Assembly: GCA_963771275.1 (NCBI GenBank)
Contig: CAVYSW010000010.1
Coordinates: forward strand, 416,001 to 480,000
Direction: 5' to 3'
Length of the DNA: 64,000 bases
From: an uncultured Gemmatimonadales bacterium
Lineage (GTDB): Bacteria > Gemmatimonadota > Gemmatimonadetes > Gemmatimonadales > GWC2-71-9
Shown here piece after piece: positions 1 to 8,114 of this stretch. The position numbers and the translations under genes were made by a program. The notes beneath the pieces are model-generated. The model saw only the letters and a program-made list of their open reading frames with translations, was not told the DNA's origin and did not search any database. Each line of letters opens with the position of its first letter. Position 1 is the stretch's first letter.

Positions 1-417
1 CACCTGCTCTACCGTCAGGGAGGCGGCGCGTTGGAGCCACCCTCCGAGCAGATGCTGGTGAACCGCTCCTACTTCATCAAGATGGCCGGGCGCGAGGTGT
101 TCAAGTCGGCGGTCCGCTCGATGGCGGACGCCTGCGACCATGCGTTGACGGGGGCCGGACTCCGCGGCGAAGACGTGGACGTGCTGATCCCGCACCAGGC
201 CAACATTCGTATCATCGAGGCCACGGCGAAGCACGCCGAGATTCCGATGGACAAGGTCTACGTGAACGTGGATCGGTACGGCAACACGTCGGCGGCGTCG
301 ATTCCGCTCGCGCTCGACGAGGCGGTCCGCTCCGGCCGCGTGCAGCCGGGCATGATCGTGCTGCTGGTGGCCTTCGGCGGGGGCTTCACCTGGGCCAGCA
401 TGGCGCTGCGCTGGTGA
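1..417 (+). CDS. fabH: 3-oxoacyl-ACP synthase III (5' truncated by window edge)
   Basis: PHQANIRII, YGNTSAASIP and AFGGGFTW motifs; heads the fab cluster. Confidence 0.95.
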   Translation, partial: HLLYRQGGGALEPPSEQMLVNRSYFIKMAGREVFKSAVRSMADACDHALTGAGLRGEDVDVLIPHQANIRIIEATAKHAEIPMDKVYVNVDRYGNTSAASIPLALDEAVRSGRVQPGMIVLLVAFGGGFTWASMALRW

Positions 418-1349
418 ACGCGGTCCTGCTCTGCCCAGGCCAGGGGGCCCAGCGGGTGGGCATGGGGAAGGACCTGGCCGAGCGGTTTCCCGCGGCGCGG
501 GCGGTGTTCGCGGAAGCGGATTCGGCCTTGGGGACGGCGCTGTCGCGCCTCATGTGGGAAGGCCCCGAGTCCGAGCTGACGCTTACCCACAACGCGCAGC
601 CGGCGATCCTGGTCCACACGCTCGCGGTGCACGCCGTGGTGGGCGAGCGACTCGCGCCGCTGGCGGCGGCGGGCCACTCGCTCGGCGAGTACGCCGCCTA
701 CGCGGCGCTCGGCACGCTGACCCTGACCGATGCGGTGCGGCTCGTGCGGACCCGGGGCGAGCTGATGCTGGCGGCGGGTCGGGAGCGACCGGGAACCATG
801 GCCGCGGTGCTGGGACTCGACCCCGGCCGCGTGGCCGCGATCTGCGCCGCGGCGAGCCGGGACGGGGAGGTCGCGGTCGCGGCCAACCTCAACGCGCCCG
901 ATCAGGTGGTGATCTCTGGTGATCCGCCGGCGGTCGAGCGAGCCGGTGCCGCGCTCAAGGCGGCGGGGGCGAAGCGGGTGCTGCCGCTCAAGGTGAGCGG
1001 CGCGTTCCACTCGCCGCTGATGGCGTCGGCCGTCGCGGGATTGACGGAGGCACTCGACCGGGTGACGCTGCGCGATCCGCGTGCGCCCGTCGTGGCGAAT
1101 GCATCCGCGGAGCCAGTGCGGGACGGGGCCACGGCCCGGCGCCTGCTCGGCGCGCAGCTCACCACGCCGGTGCGCTGGGTCGAGTCCGTCCAGACGCTCG
1201 CCCGGTTGGGGGCCGGTGCCCCGTTCCTCGAGTTGGGACCCGGCACCGTGCTCGCAGGTCTCGCCCGGCGGATCGCGCCGGGCGTGCCGGTGGGCAACCT
1301 CGGCACGGCCGTTGAGGTGGAGGTCTTCCTGGAAAAGGGGCTGGCATGA
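414..1349 (+). CDS. fabD: Malonyl-CoA:ACP transacylase
   Basis: PGQGAQ, GHSLGEY and VSGAFHS motifs. Confidence 0.96.
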   Translation: MNAVLLCPGQGAQRVGMGKDLAERFPAARAVFAEADSALGTALSRLMWEGPESELTLTHNAQPAILVHTLAVHAVVGERLAPLAAAGHSLGEYAAYAALGTLTLTDAVRLVRTRGELMLAAGRERPGTMAAVLGLDPGRVAAICAAASRDGEVAVAANLNAPDQVVISGDPPAVERAGAALKAAGAKRVLPLKVSGAFHSPLMASAVAGLTEALDRVTLRDPRAPVVANASAEPVRDGATARRLLGAQLTTPVRWVESVQTLARLGAGAPFLELGPGTVLAGLARRIAPGVPVGNLGTAVEVEVFLEKGLA

Positions 1350-2080
1350 TTGATCTGTCGGGCAGGGTCGCCCTGGTCACGGGTGGGTCGCGCGGCATCG
1401 GTGCCGCGATCGCGGAAAAGCTGTATCAGGCCGGGGCCAAGGTCGCCGTCGTCGACGTCGACGCCGCCGGCGCCGGCCAGCAGGCTGCCGCGCTCGGGGA
1501 GCGCGCGCTGGCGGTCGGTGGCAGTGTCGCCGACCAGGACCAGGTGGTGCAGGCACTCGAGACGGTGGAGCAGGGGCTCGGTCCCGTCGACATCCTGGTC
1601 AACAACGCGGGCCTCACGCGCGACGGCCTGCTCGCCCGCATGACCGGTGCGGACTGGGACACGGTCCTGAGCGTCAATCTCAAGGGCGCCTTCCTGATGA
1701 CGAAGGCGGCCACGCGCGGCATGATGAAGCGACGTTGGGGGCGCATCATCAACATCGCCAGCGTCGTGGGCCTGATCGGCAACGCCGGTCAGGCGAACTA
1801 TGCCGCGTCCAAGGCGGGCCTGATCGGCCTCACCAAGGCCGTCGCCAAGGAGTTCGCGTCGCGCAACGTCCTCGTGAACGCGGTGGCACCCGGCTTCATC
1901 GACACCGACATGACCCGGGCGCTCACCGACCAGCAGCGGGAGCTGCTGCTGCGCCAGGTCCCGCTGGGCCGCCTCGGCCACCGGGACGACGTTGCCAACG
2001 CGGTGCTCTTTCTTGCATCCAACCTCGCCGACTACATTACAGGCCAAGTCGTGGTCGTAGACGGCGGGATGGTCATGTAA
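1346..2080 (+). CDS. fabG: 3-oxoacyl-ACP reductase
   Basis: SDR motifs TGGSRGIG, NNAG and YAASK; fab context. Confidence 0.96.
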   Translation: MIDLSGRVALVTGGSRGIGAAIAEKLYQAGAKVAVVDVDAAGAGQQAAALGERALAVGGSVADQDQVVQALETVEQGLGPVDILVNNAGLTRDGLLARMTGADWDTVLSVNLKGAFLMTKAATRGMMKRRWGRIINIASVVGLIGNAGQANYAASKAGLIGLTKAVAKEFASRNVLVNAVAPGFIDTDMTRALTDQQRELLLRQVPLGRLGHRDDVANAVLFLASNLADYITGQVVVVDGGMVM

Positions 2081-2104
2081 ACCCTCCATCGAACGGGGAC
2101 TCAC

Positions 2105-2347
2105 ATGGGCGGCATCGAGGACAAGGTCAAGGATATCATCGCCGAGGAGCTCGGAGTCGAGCGGGAGAAGCTGACCGAGAGCGCGAGCTTCATGGAGGAC
2201 CTGGGGGCGGACAGCCTGGATCAGGTCGAGCTGGTGATGGCGTTCGAGAAGGAGTTTGACATCGACATCCCCGACGAGGAGGCCGAGAAGCTCCGCACGG
2301 TCGGCGATGCGCTCAAGTATCTCCACGAGAAGATGGGGAACAAGTAG
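2105..2347 (+). CDS. acpP: Acyl carrier protein
   Basis: DLGADSLD phosphopantetheine motif; 80 aa, acidic. Confidence 0.97.
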   Translation: MGGIEDKVKDIIAEELGVEREKLTESASFMEDLGADSLDQVELVMAFEKEFDIDIPDEEAEKLRTVGDALKYLHEKMGNK

Positions 2348-2348
2348 G

Positions 2349-3590
2349 TTGGCGCGTCGTGTCGTCGTCACAGGCCTGGGGGTCGTGTCGCCTCTGGGCC
2401 TGAATGCTGCGGATACCTGGGCCGGACTCGTGGCGGGCCGGTCGGGGGCGGCCCCCATCAAGCGCTTCGATCCGGCCAAGCTGGACGTGCGCTTCGGCTG
2501 CGAGGTCAAGGGCTTCGAGCCGTCACAGTACATGGATCGGAAAGAGGCCAAGCGCTACGACCTCTTCCTCCAGTACGCGATCGCCGCGGCCACCCAGGCG
2601 ATGCAGGACGCGGGCCTGGGGGAGACCGTTCCGGAGCCCGAGCGGGCCGGGGTCATCATCGGCAGCGGCATCGGCGGGATCGGGACGTTCGAGGAGCAGT
2701 GCAAGATCTCGCTCACTGAAGGCTACCGCCGCGTCTCCGCGTTCTTCGTGCCGATGTTCATTCCCGACATCGCCTCGGGTATCGTCTCGATCCGGACGGG
2801 CGCCAAAGGCCCCAACTACTGCACCGTGTCGGCGTGCGCCTCCTCGGCGCATGCCATCGGCGACTCGTTCCGCCTGATCCAGCGCGGATCGGCCGACCTG
2901 ATGATCACGGGCGGTGCCGAGGCGGCGATCACGCCGCTCGCGGTGGCGGGCTTTGCCAACATGAAGGCCCTCTCCACCCGCAACGACGAGCCGGAACGGG
3001 CCTCCCGGCCGTTTGATCGGGGGCGCGACGGGTTCGTGATGGGGGACGGCTCCGGCATCGTGATCCTCGAGGAGCTGCAGCATGCGCAGGCACGCGGCGC
3101 CCGGATCTACGCCGAAGTGCTCGGGTTCGGCATGAGCGCTGACGCGTACCACATCACCCAACCCGCGCCCGGAGGCGAGGGGGCCATGCGCGCGATGCAG
3201 GCGGCCTTCGCGGACGCCGAGATCGCCCCCGCGGCGGTCGGGTACGTCAACACGCATGGTACCGCGACCCTGCACGGCGACGTGGCGGAGGTGAAGGCCC
3301 TCAAGACGGTGTTTGGCCCGCACGCGTACCAGGTCGTGGCGGGTTCGACCAAGTCCATGACGGGGCACCTGCTCGGGGCCGCCGGCGGGCTCGAGTTCGC
3401 GATCAGCGTGCTCGTGCTCGTCAGCGGCGTGATCCCGCCCACGATCAACCTGGACGATCCCGATCCCGAGTGCGATCTCGATTGTGCGCCACGCGGGGCC
3501 GTGAACCGGCCGGTCAATGTCGCGCTGACCAATTCGTTCGGGTTCGGCGGGCACAACGTCAGCCTGCTCGTGGGACGGTATGCGGCCTAG
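2349..3590 (+). CDS. fabF: 3-oxoacyl-ACP synthase II
   Basis: RRVVVTGLG start (TTG at 2349), SACAS, HGTAT and NSFGFGGHN motifs. Confidence 0.96.
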   Translation: MARRVVVTGLGVVSPLGLNAADTWAGLVAGRSGAAPIKRFDPAKLDVRFGCEVKGFEPSQYMDRKEAKRYDLFLQYAIAAATQAMQDAGLGETVPEPERAGVIIGSGIGGIGTFEEQCKISLTEGYRRVSAFFVPMFIPDIASGIVSIRTGAKGPNYCTVSACASSAHAIGDSFRLIQRGSADLMITGGAEAAITPLAVAGFANMKALSTRNDEPERASRPFDRGRDGFVMGDGSGIVILEELQHAQARGARIYAEVLGFGMSADAYHITQPAPGGEGAMRAMQAAFADAEIAPAAVGYVNTHGTATLHGDVAEVKALKTVFGPHAYQVVAGSTKSMTGHLLGAAGGLEFAISVLVLVSGVIPPTINLDDPDPECDLDCAPRGAVNRPVNVALTNSFGFGGHNVSLLVGRYAA

Positions 3591-3630
3591 CCCGGATGTC
3601 CCGCGGGCCGCGGCGGGGAGTTAGCCGGCG

Positions 3631-4035
3631 GTGGCGCACAAGCCCGTCCTCATCCTCGTCGGCTCGGACAGCGATCGTGAGCGCGTCGAGCCGGCATGCA
3701 AGGCGCTCGACGAGGCCGGCGTGGGGTACGACCTCATGGTCTCCTCGGCGCATCGGAACGCAGAGCAGACGGCGCGGATCGCCAAGGACGCCCGCAAGAA
3801 TGGCTACCGGGTGATCATCGCCGCGGCGGGCCTCGCCGCCGCGTTGCCGGGCGCCGTCGCGGCCCTCACCGATCTCCCGGTGATCGGCCTCCCGCTCGAT
3901 GTCGGGCCGCTCCACGGCGTGGATGCGCTCTACGCCATCGCACAGCTGCCGCCTGGATGCCCGGTCGGGACGGTCGGCATCGGGATGGCCAAGAACGCCG
4001 CCTTGCTCGCCACGCGCATCCTCGGGGTCGCGTAG
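3631..4035 (+). CDS. purE: N5-CAIR mutase / AIR carboxylase, short form
   Basis: GSDSD, SAHR, AAGLAAALPG and PVIGLP motifs. Confidence 0.88.
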   Translation: MAHKPVLILVGSDSDRERVEPACKALDEAGVGYDLMVSSAHRNAEQTARIAKDARKNGYRVIIAAAGLAAALPGAVAALTDLPVIGLPLDVGPLHGVDALYAIAQLPPGCPVGTVGIGMAKNAALLATRILGVA

Positions 4036-4048
4036 CGGTCGTTTCGTT

Positions 4049-4124
4049 TTGACACGCCCGCACTGTCAAGCGGCTTCACTGACGCCGGGTGCCTTCCTGT
4101 CACAAACCGCCCGCTACCCGTGTC
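4049..4124 (+). promoter_or_regulatory. Inverted repeat TTGACA-N9-TGTCAA plus putative ECF-type promoter (TGTCACA...CGTGTC)
   Basis: Perfect 6-9-6 inverted repeat at 4049-4069; TGTCA recurs at 4064, 4098 and 4121, upstream of the DUF4382 gene and ECF operon. Confidence 0.4.
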
Positions 4125-4153
4125 AGTCAGCGAACCTCAACGGGACGTTTGCC

Positions 4154-5029
4154 ATGCGACGGACACGGATGTTCGCCACCCTGGCGCTGGGCGCCGGGCT
4201 GGCGCTGGGCTGTACGGACGGCACCGGAACGGGCGGCTCGGCCCGGCTCACGCTCCAGCTCACCGATGCGCCGACCGATCTGTTCGCGAGCGCGGAAGTG
4301 GACGTCGGGCGGATCAGCCTGATTCCGGCGGACGGGTCCCCCATCACGCTCACCGAAGCCGGCGGGACGTTCGACCTGCTCGACTTCCAAAACGGCGTGA
4401 CCGCCGAGCTGGCGTCGCTCGACATCCCTGCCGGCAACTACCTCCAGCTGCGGCTCGAGGTCACCGGGGCCCGCGTAACGCTGGCGGACGGACTCACGTT
4501 CCGTGACGGCTCGACGTCGGCCGACCTCAAAGTGCCGAGCGGCGCCCAGAGCGGGATCAAGGTGAATCTGTTCGACGATTCCTGGCAGGCCGGGACGGGT
4601 GACCCCCTCGTGCGCACGGCGGGCGTCAGCATCGCGTCGGGCGAGACGATCATCGTGCTGGACTTCGACGTGGCGCGGAACTTCCGGCTCACAGGTCCCC
4701 GTGCTACGCCGACCGGAGTGATCTTCACGCCTCTGATTCGCGCGGTCGTGCGGAACATCGCGGGCAGCATCGGCGGCGTGGTGACGGACGCGAACGGACC
4801 GGTGGCCGGCGCCACGGTACGCGCGACGCTGACGGACTCCCCCGAGCTGGCGGAGCTTCAGACCGCCGAGGCTAGCGCCGTCACCGCCGACGACGGGAGC
4901 TACACCATCTGGTTCCTGGTGCCGGGGACATATACTGTGGATGTGGACGGTGTCACGGCGGACGCCCAGTCGGTCACGGTTGGACGGGGTGAGTCGGTGA
5001 CGGACGTGAACTTCATGATCACGCCGTAG
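4154..5029 (+). CDS. DUF4382-domain lipoprotein with C-terminal carboxypeptidase-regulatory-like domain
   Basis: Lipobox LALGC; LTDAP, LKVPSGAQSGIK and LDFD motifs; C-terminal GSY..L.PGTYTV. Confidence 0.8.
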   Translation: MRRTRMFATLALGAGLALGCTDGTGTGGSARLTLQLTDAPTDLFASAEVDVGRISLIPADGSPITLTEAGGTFDLLDFQNGVTAELASLDIPAGNYLQLRLEVTGARVTLADGLTFRDGSTSADLKVPSGAQSGIKVNLFDDSWQAGTGDPLVRTAGVSIASGETIIVLDFDVARNFRLTGPRATPTGVIFTPLIRAVVRNIAGSIGGVVTDANGPVAGATVRATLTDSPELAELQTAEASAVTADDGSYTIWFLVPGTYTVDVDGVTADAQSVTVGRGESVTDVNFMITP

Positions 5030-5087
5030 GGTTGGCGGGGGGCGCCGCCCGTGGCGCTGGCGGGCGGCGCGCCCGCAGGGAGGCGGG

Positions 5088-5639
5088 ATGGCGGCAGGCG
5101 CAGCGCGGGCGGAGCTCTCGGATCGGGAGGCGGTGGCCTGCGTGCTGAGCGGCGACGTGGAGCGGTACGCGGTGCTGGTCGAGCGGTACCGGAAGGCGTT
5201 CGGCCGCTACGCCACCGCCGTCTGCGGCGACGCGGACCTGGCGGCGGACGCGATGCAGGAGGCGTTCATCCGCGCGTACGACGGGCTCGCCGGCTGTCGC
5301 GAGCCGGCACGGTTCGGGGCCTGGTTCTTCCGCATCCTGACGAACCAGTGCCGCAACCACCGCAGCCGGCGCCGCATGCACCTGCCGCTCGAGACCGTCC
5401 GAGCGGCGGCGCCGGAGCGGGCGGACGACGGGGTGGGGGCCGCGGAGACGCGCATGGCGATCGCGGCCGCGTTGGACGGTCTTGCACCGGAGCATCGTGA
5501 GGCGTTCGTGTTGCGGCACCTGGACGACCGGTCCTACGCGGAAATGGCGCAGCTGTTGGGCGAGCGGGAGGACACGCTGCGGATGCGCGTGCATCGTGCG
5601 CGCGCGGCGGTGCGCCAGCGGCTGGAGGGGGTGCTATGA
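5088..5639 (+). CDS. ECF RNA polymerase sigma factor
   Basis: Region 2 (AADAMQEAFIRAY...FGAWFFRILTN) and region 4 (REAFVLRH...SYAEMA) only; 183 aa. Confidence 0.93.
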   Translation: MAAGAARAELSDREAVACVLSGDVERYAVLVERYRKAFGRYATAVCGDADLAADAMQEAFIRAYDGLAGCREPARFGAWFFRILTNQCRNHRSRRRMHLPLETVRAAAPERADDGVGAAETRMAIAAALDGLAPEHREAFVLRHLDDRSYAEMAQLLGEREDTLRMRVHRARAAVRQRLEGVL

Positions 5640-6286
5640 CGAGCGACGACTGGAGTGAAGCGACGCGGCGCTACCTGGACGGGGATGGCCCGGCGCCGGC
5701 CGACCCGGCCGAGCGCGGGCGGGCGGATCGCTTGAATGCGGCGTTTGCCGCGTACGCCGCCGAGCTGGTGCCGCCCGGGGCTGAGGTCGATCGTGCGGTG
5801 CTCGCGTCCGTGCGGGCGCGGCAGATGGCGCGCCGGGGCTGGTGGCGCTGGCTCGTCGAGCCGCGGCAGCTTGCGGTGCGTCCAGCGGTGGCAGCGGCGG
5901 CGCTCGTGGTGATTCTGGTGGCCGGCGCGGCGTTGGCGGCGCTCATTGGGTCACCTGACCGGCCGGGCGCCGAGCTGCGCGTCGCGGCGCCACCGGACCG
6001 CACCGTGCTGGTTCGTTTCGAGCTGGTCGCTCCCGACGCGCATTCGGTCGCGCTCGCCGGATCGTTCAATGGCTGGAACGACTCCACGACCGTGTTCACC
6101 CAGGGTGTGGAGGCCGGCGTCTGGACGGTGACGGTGGCGTTGGTGCCGGGCGAGTATCAGTACCTCTTCGTGGTGGATGGCCGACGCTGGATCCCGGATC
6201 CGGCGGCGCATGCGCAGGTCGAGGACGATTTCGGGCAGCGCAACAGCCTGCTCGTCGTCGGCCCGCGGGGAGTGGTGCGATCATGA
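5636..6286 (+). CDS. Putative membrane anti-sigma factor with C-terminal CBM48/AMPK-beta-like glycogen-binding domain
   Basis: ATGA overlap with the sigma gene; one TM helix; VALAGSFNGW...GVW...GEYQYLFVVDG..WIPDP...DDFGQRNS. Confidence 0.8.
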   Translation: MTSDDWSEATRRYLDGDGPAPADPAERGRADRLNAAFAAYAAELVPPGAEVDRAVLASVRARQMARRGWWRWLVEPRQLAVRPAVAAAALVVILVAGAALAALIGSPDRPGAELRVAAPPDRTVLVRFELVAPDAHSVALAGSFNGWNDSTTVFTQGVEAGVWTVTVALVPGEYQYLFVVDGRRWIPDPAAHAQVEDDFGQRNSLLVVGPRGVVRS

Positions 6287-6999
6287 GACGCATGCTGATG
6301 CTGGCCGCCCTGCAGCTTGCGCTGGGGGCGGGAGCGGCGGCGGCCCAGACGCGCGACATCCGTGCTGAGCTGGCCGCGCGCGGGGCGCCGGCCGATTTCA
6401 TCGCGCGGGTTGGCGCCACGGTGGACGCGGCCCGCGCGCAGGGCCTGCCGCCCGAGCCGCTGATTGACAAGGCCCTTGAAGGGTGGGCCAAGCGGGACCG
6501 CGTACCGCCGGAGCGGGTGCTGGGCGTCCTCGAGCAGGTGCGCGCGCGCCTCGCCGAGGGCCGCGCTGCCACGGTGCGCGCGGGCATGGCCGACCCGCCG
6601 GGCGCGGTCGTCGCGGCGTCCGCCGAGGCGCTGGGGCGCGGCATGACCGCGGACGATGTGCGCGACCTCGTCGCGACCGCGTCGGACGCGGATCAGGCGG
6701 CGGCCGGGCTTACGGTGGCCGCGTCGCTGTGCGCTCAGGGACTCGACCGGGGGGCCGCGGTTCGGGCAGTGCAGGATGGCTACCGCGGGCACAGCGGCAC
6801 CGAAGGGCTGTTCGAGTTGCCGTCGGCGGTCGCTGACCTGACCGGGCACGGCACGCCGATGGCGGATGTGGCACGGCGCATCATGCAGGGAGGCGGACTC
6901 CCGGCGCCTGCGGCAGGCCAGGGCACCAGTCAAGGGCGGCCCGGCACCGTACCGCCGGGCCGCGGGAGCAAGGGCTCCGGACACGTGCGCGGGCAGTGA
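6283..6999 (+). CDS. Secreted Ala-rich helical hypothetical protein
   Basis: Signal peptide ending AAA-Q; 4-bp overlaps on both sides; Gly/Pro-rich tail. Confidence 0.7.
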   Translation: MRRMLMLAALQLALGAGAAAAQTRDIRAELAARGAPADFIARVGATVDAARAQGLPPEPLIDKALEGWAKRDRVPPERVLGVLEQVRARLAEGRAATVRAGMADPPGAVVAASAEALGRGMTADDVRDLVATASDADQAAAGLTVAASLCAQGLDRGAAVRAVQDGYRGHSGTEGLFELPSAVADLTGHGTPMADVARRIMQGGGLPAPAAGQGTSQGRPGTVPPGRGSKGSGHVRGQ

Positions 7000-8051
7000 T
7001 CCGCGGCGTCGGTGTCGCCACCCTCCTGTGCGCGGGTATCCTCGAGGCCCAGGAGGGCTCGCTGTTCTTGGGGGCGAGCCGCGCCCGATACGCCGACAGC
7101 CTGGACGGGACGGCGGCGTTCGCCGCGGGCCGGCTGACCGCCGGGCGTGGGCTACGGGCCGGCGAGCTCGACGGAGCCTTCTCGGCGTTCACGAGTGGAG
7201 GCTGGGCGCTCCAGGTCGCGGGTCAGGCGACGGTGTTGTGGCGCGCAGAGCGCACTCGGGGACCCTTCCTCGGGTTCGCGGGCGGTGCCACGCTCAACGC
7301 GTACCAGGGGGGGACGCCAAGCGGGTCGCTGGCCGGCGGCCCGCTCGTCGCGCTCGCAGCAGGGTCGTCCTATCTCTCGCTCGGCGTGGCGGGGGGCGCC
7401 GTGCGTCGCGTGGACTCGACTTGGTCGCGGCTGGGCAGCCTCTCGGCCCGGTGGCAGTGGGCGCCCACGCGCGCACTGAGCGCGGACGCGGGCGTGACGC
7501 TCACAGGCTCCGATACCAACAGACTGGCCGACGTGTCCCTCGGACTGCGCACGGGTGGGGCGCCGGTGAGGATCTCGGCCATCGCGGGGACCCGCATCGG
7601 CGACCTCGCGGACGGGCCCTGGGGCTCGCTGGAGCTCGTGTGGCAGGCGACGTCGGTCGTCGCGATCGAGGCGTCGGCCGGACGCTTCCCGCAGGACCTC
7701 GCGGGGTTCGCCCACGGTCTCTACGCCCAGGCCGGCGTGCGGCTCGCGACCCGCGGGGCGGGCGGTCTGCCTCCACCCACCCTGACCGTGACGCCGTTCG
7801 GAAACGACCGCGTGCGGGTCGCGCTGCGCTACCGGCGGCCGGCCACCGCGCTCGCCATCAGTGGAGATTGGAACGGCTGGACCGCGATCCCGCTGCGGCG
7901 CGAGGGAGGCTGGTGGATCGTGGAACTGCCGCTCACACGCGGCGTGTACCACTACGCGCTCGTCGCGGACGGCACGTGGACGCTGCCCGACGGCGTGCGC
8001 GGCATTGCCGACGAGCTCGGCGGGCAGGTCGCGCAGCTGATCGTGCGGTAG
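6996..8051 (+). CDS. Exported protein, probable beta-barrel with C-terminal CBM48-like domain
   Basis: Signal peptide; amphipathic alternating strands; C-terminal ISGDWNGW...WW...GVYHYALVADGTW...DELGG. Confidence 0.7.
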   Translation: MIRGVGVATLLCAGILEAQEGSLFLGASRARYADSLDGTAAFAAGRLTAGRGLRAGELDGAFSAFTSGGWALQVAGQATVLWRAERTRGPFLGFAGGATLNAYQGGTPSGSLAGGPLVALAAGSSYLSLGVAGGAVRRVDSTWSRLGSLSARWQWAPTRALSADAGVTLTGSDTNRLADVSLGLRTGGAPVRISAIAGTRIGDLADGPWGSLELVWQATSVVAIEASAGRFPQDLAGFAHGLYAQAGVRLATRGAGGLPPPTLTVTPFGNDRVRVALRYRRPATALAISGDWNGWTAIPLRREGGWWIVELPLTRGVYHYALVADGTWTLPDGVRGIADELGGQVAQLIVR

Positions 8052-8114
8052 CCCGGGACGGAGCCGCGGATTCTGCGGCGGCGCAGGCCGTGGCGCGAGC
8101 GCCGTTCCGCCTGC

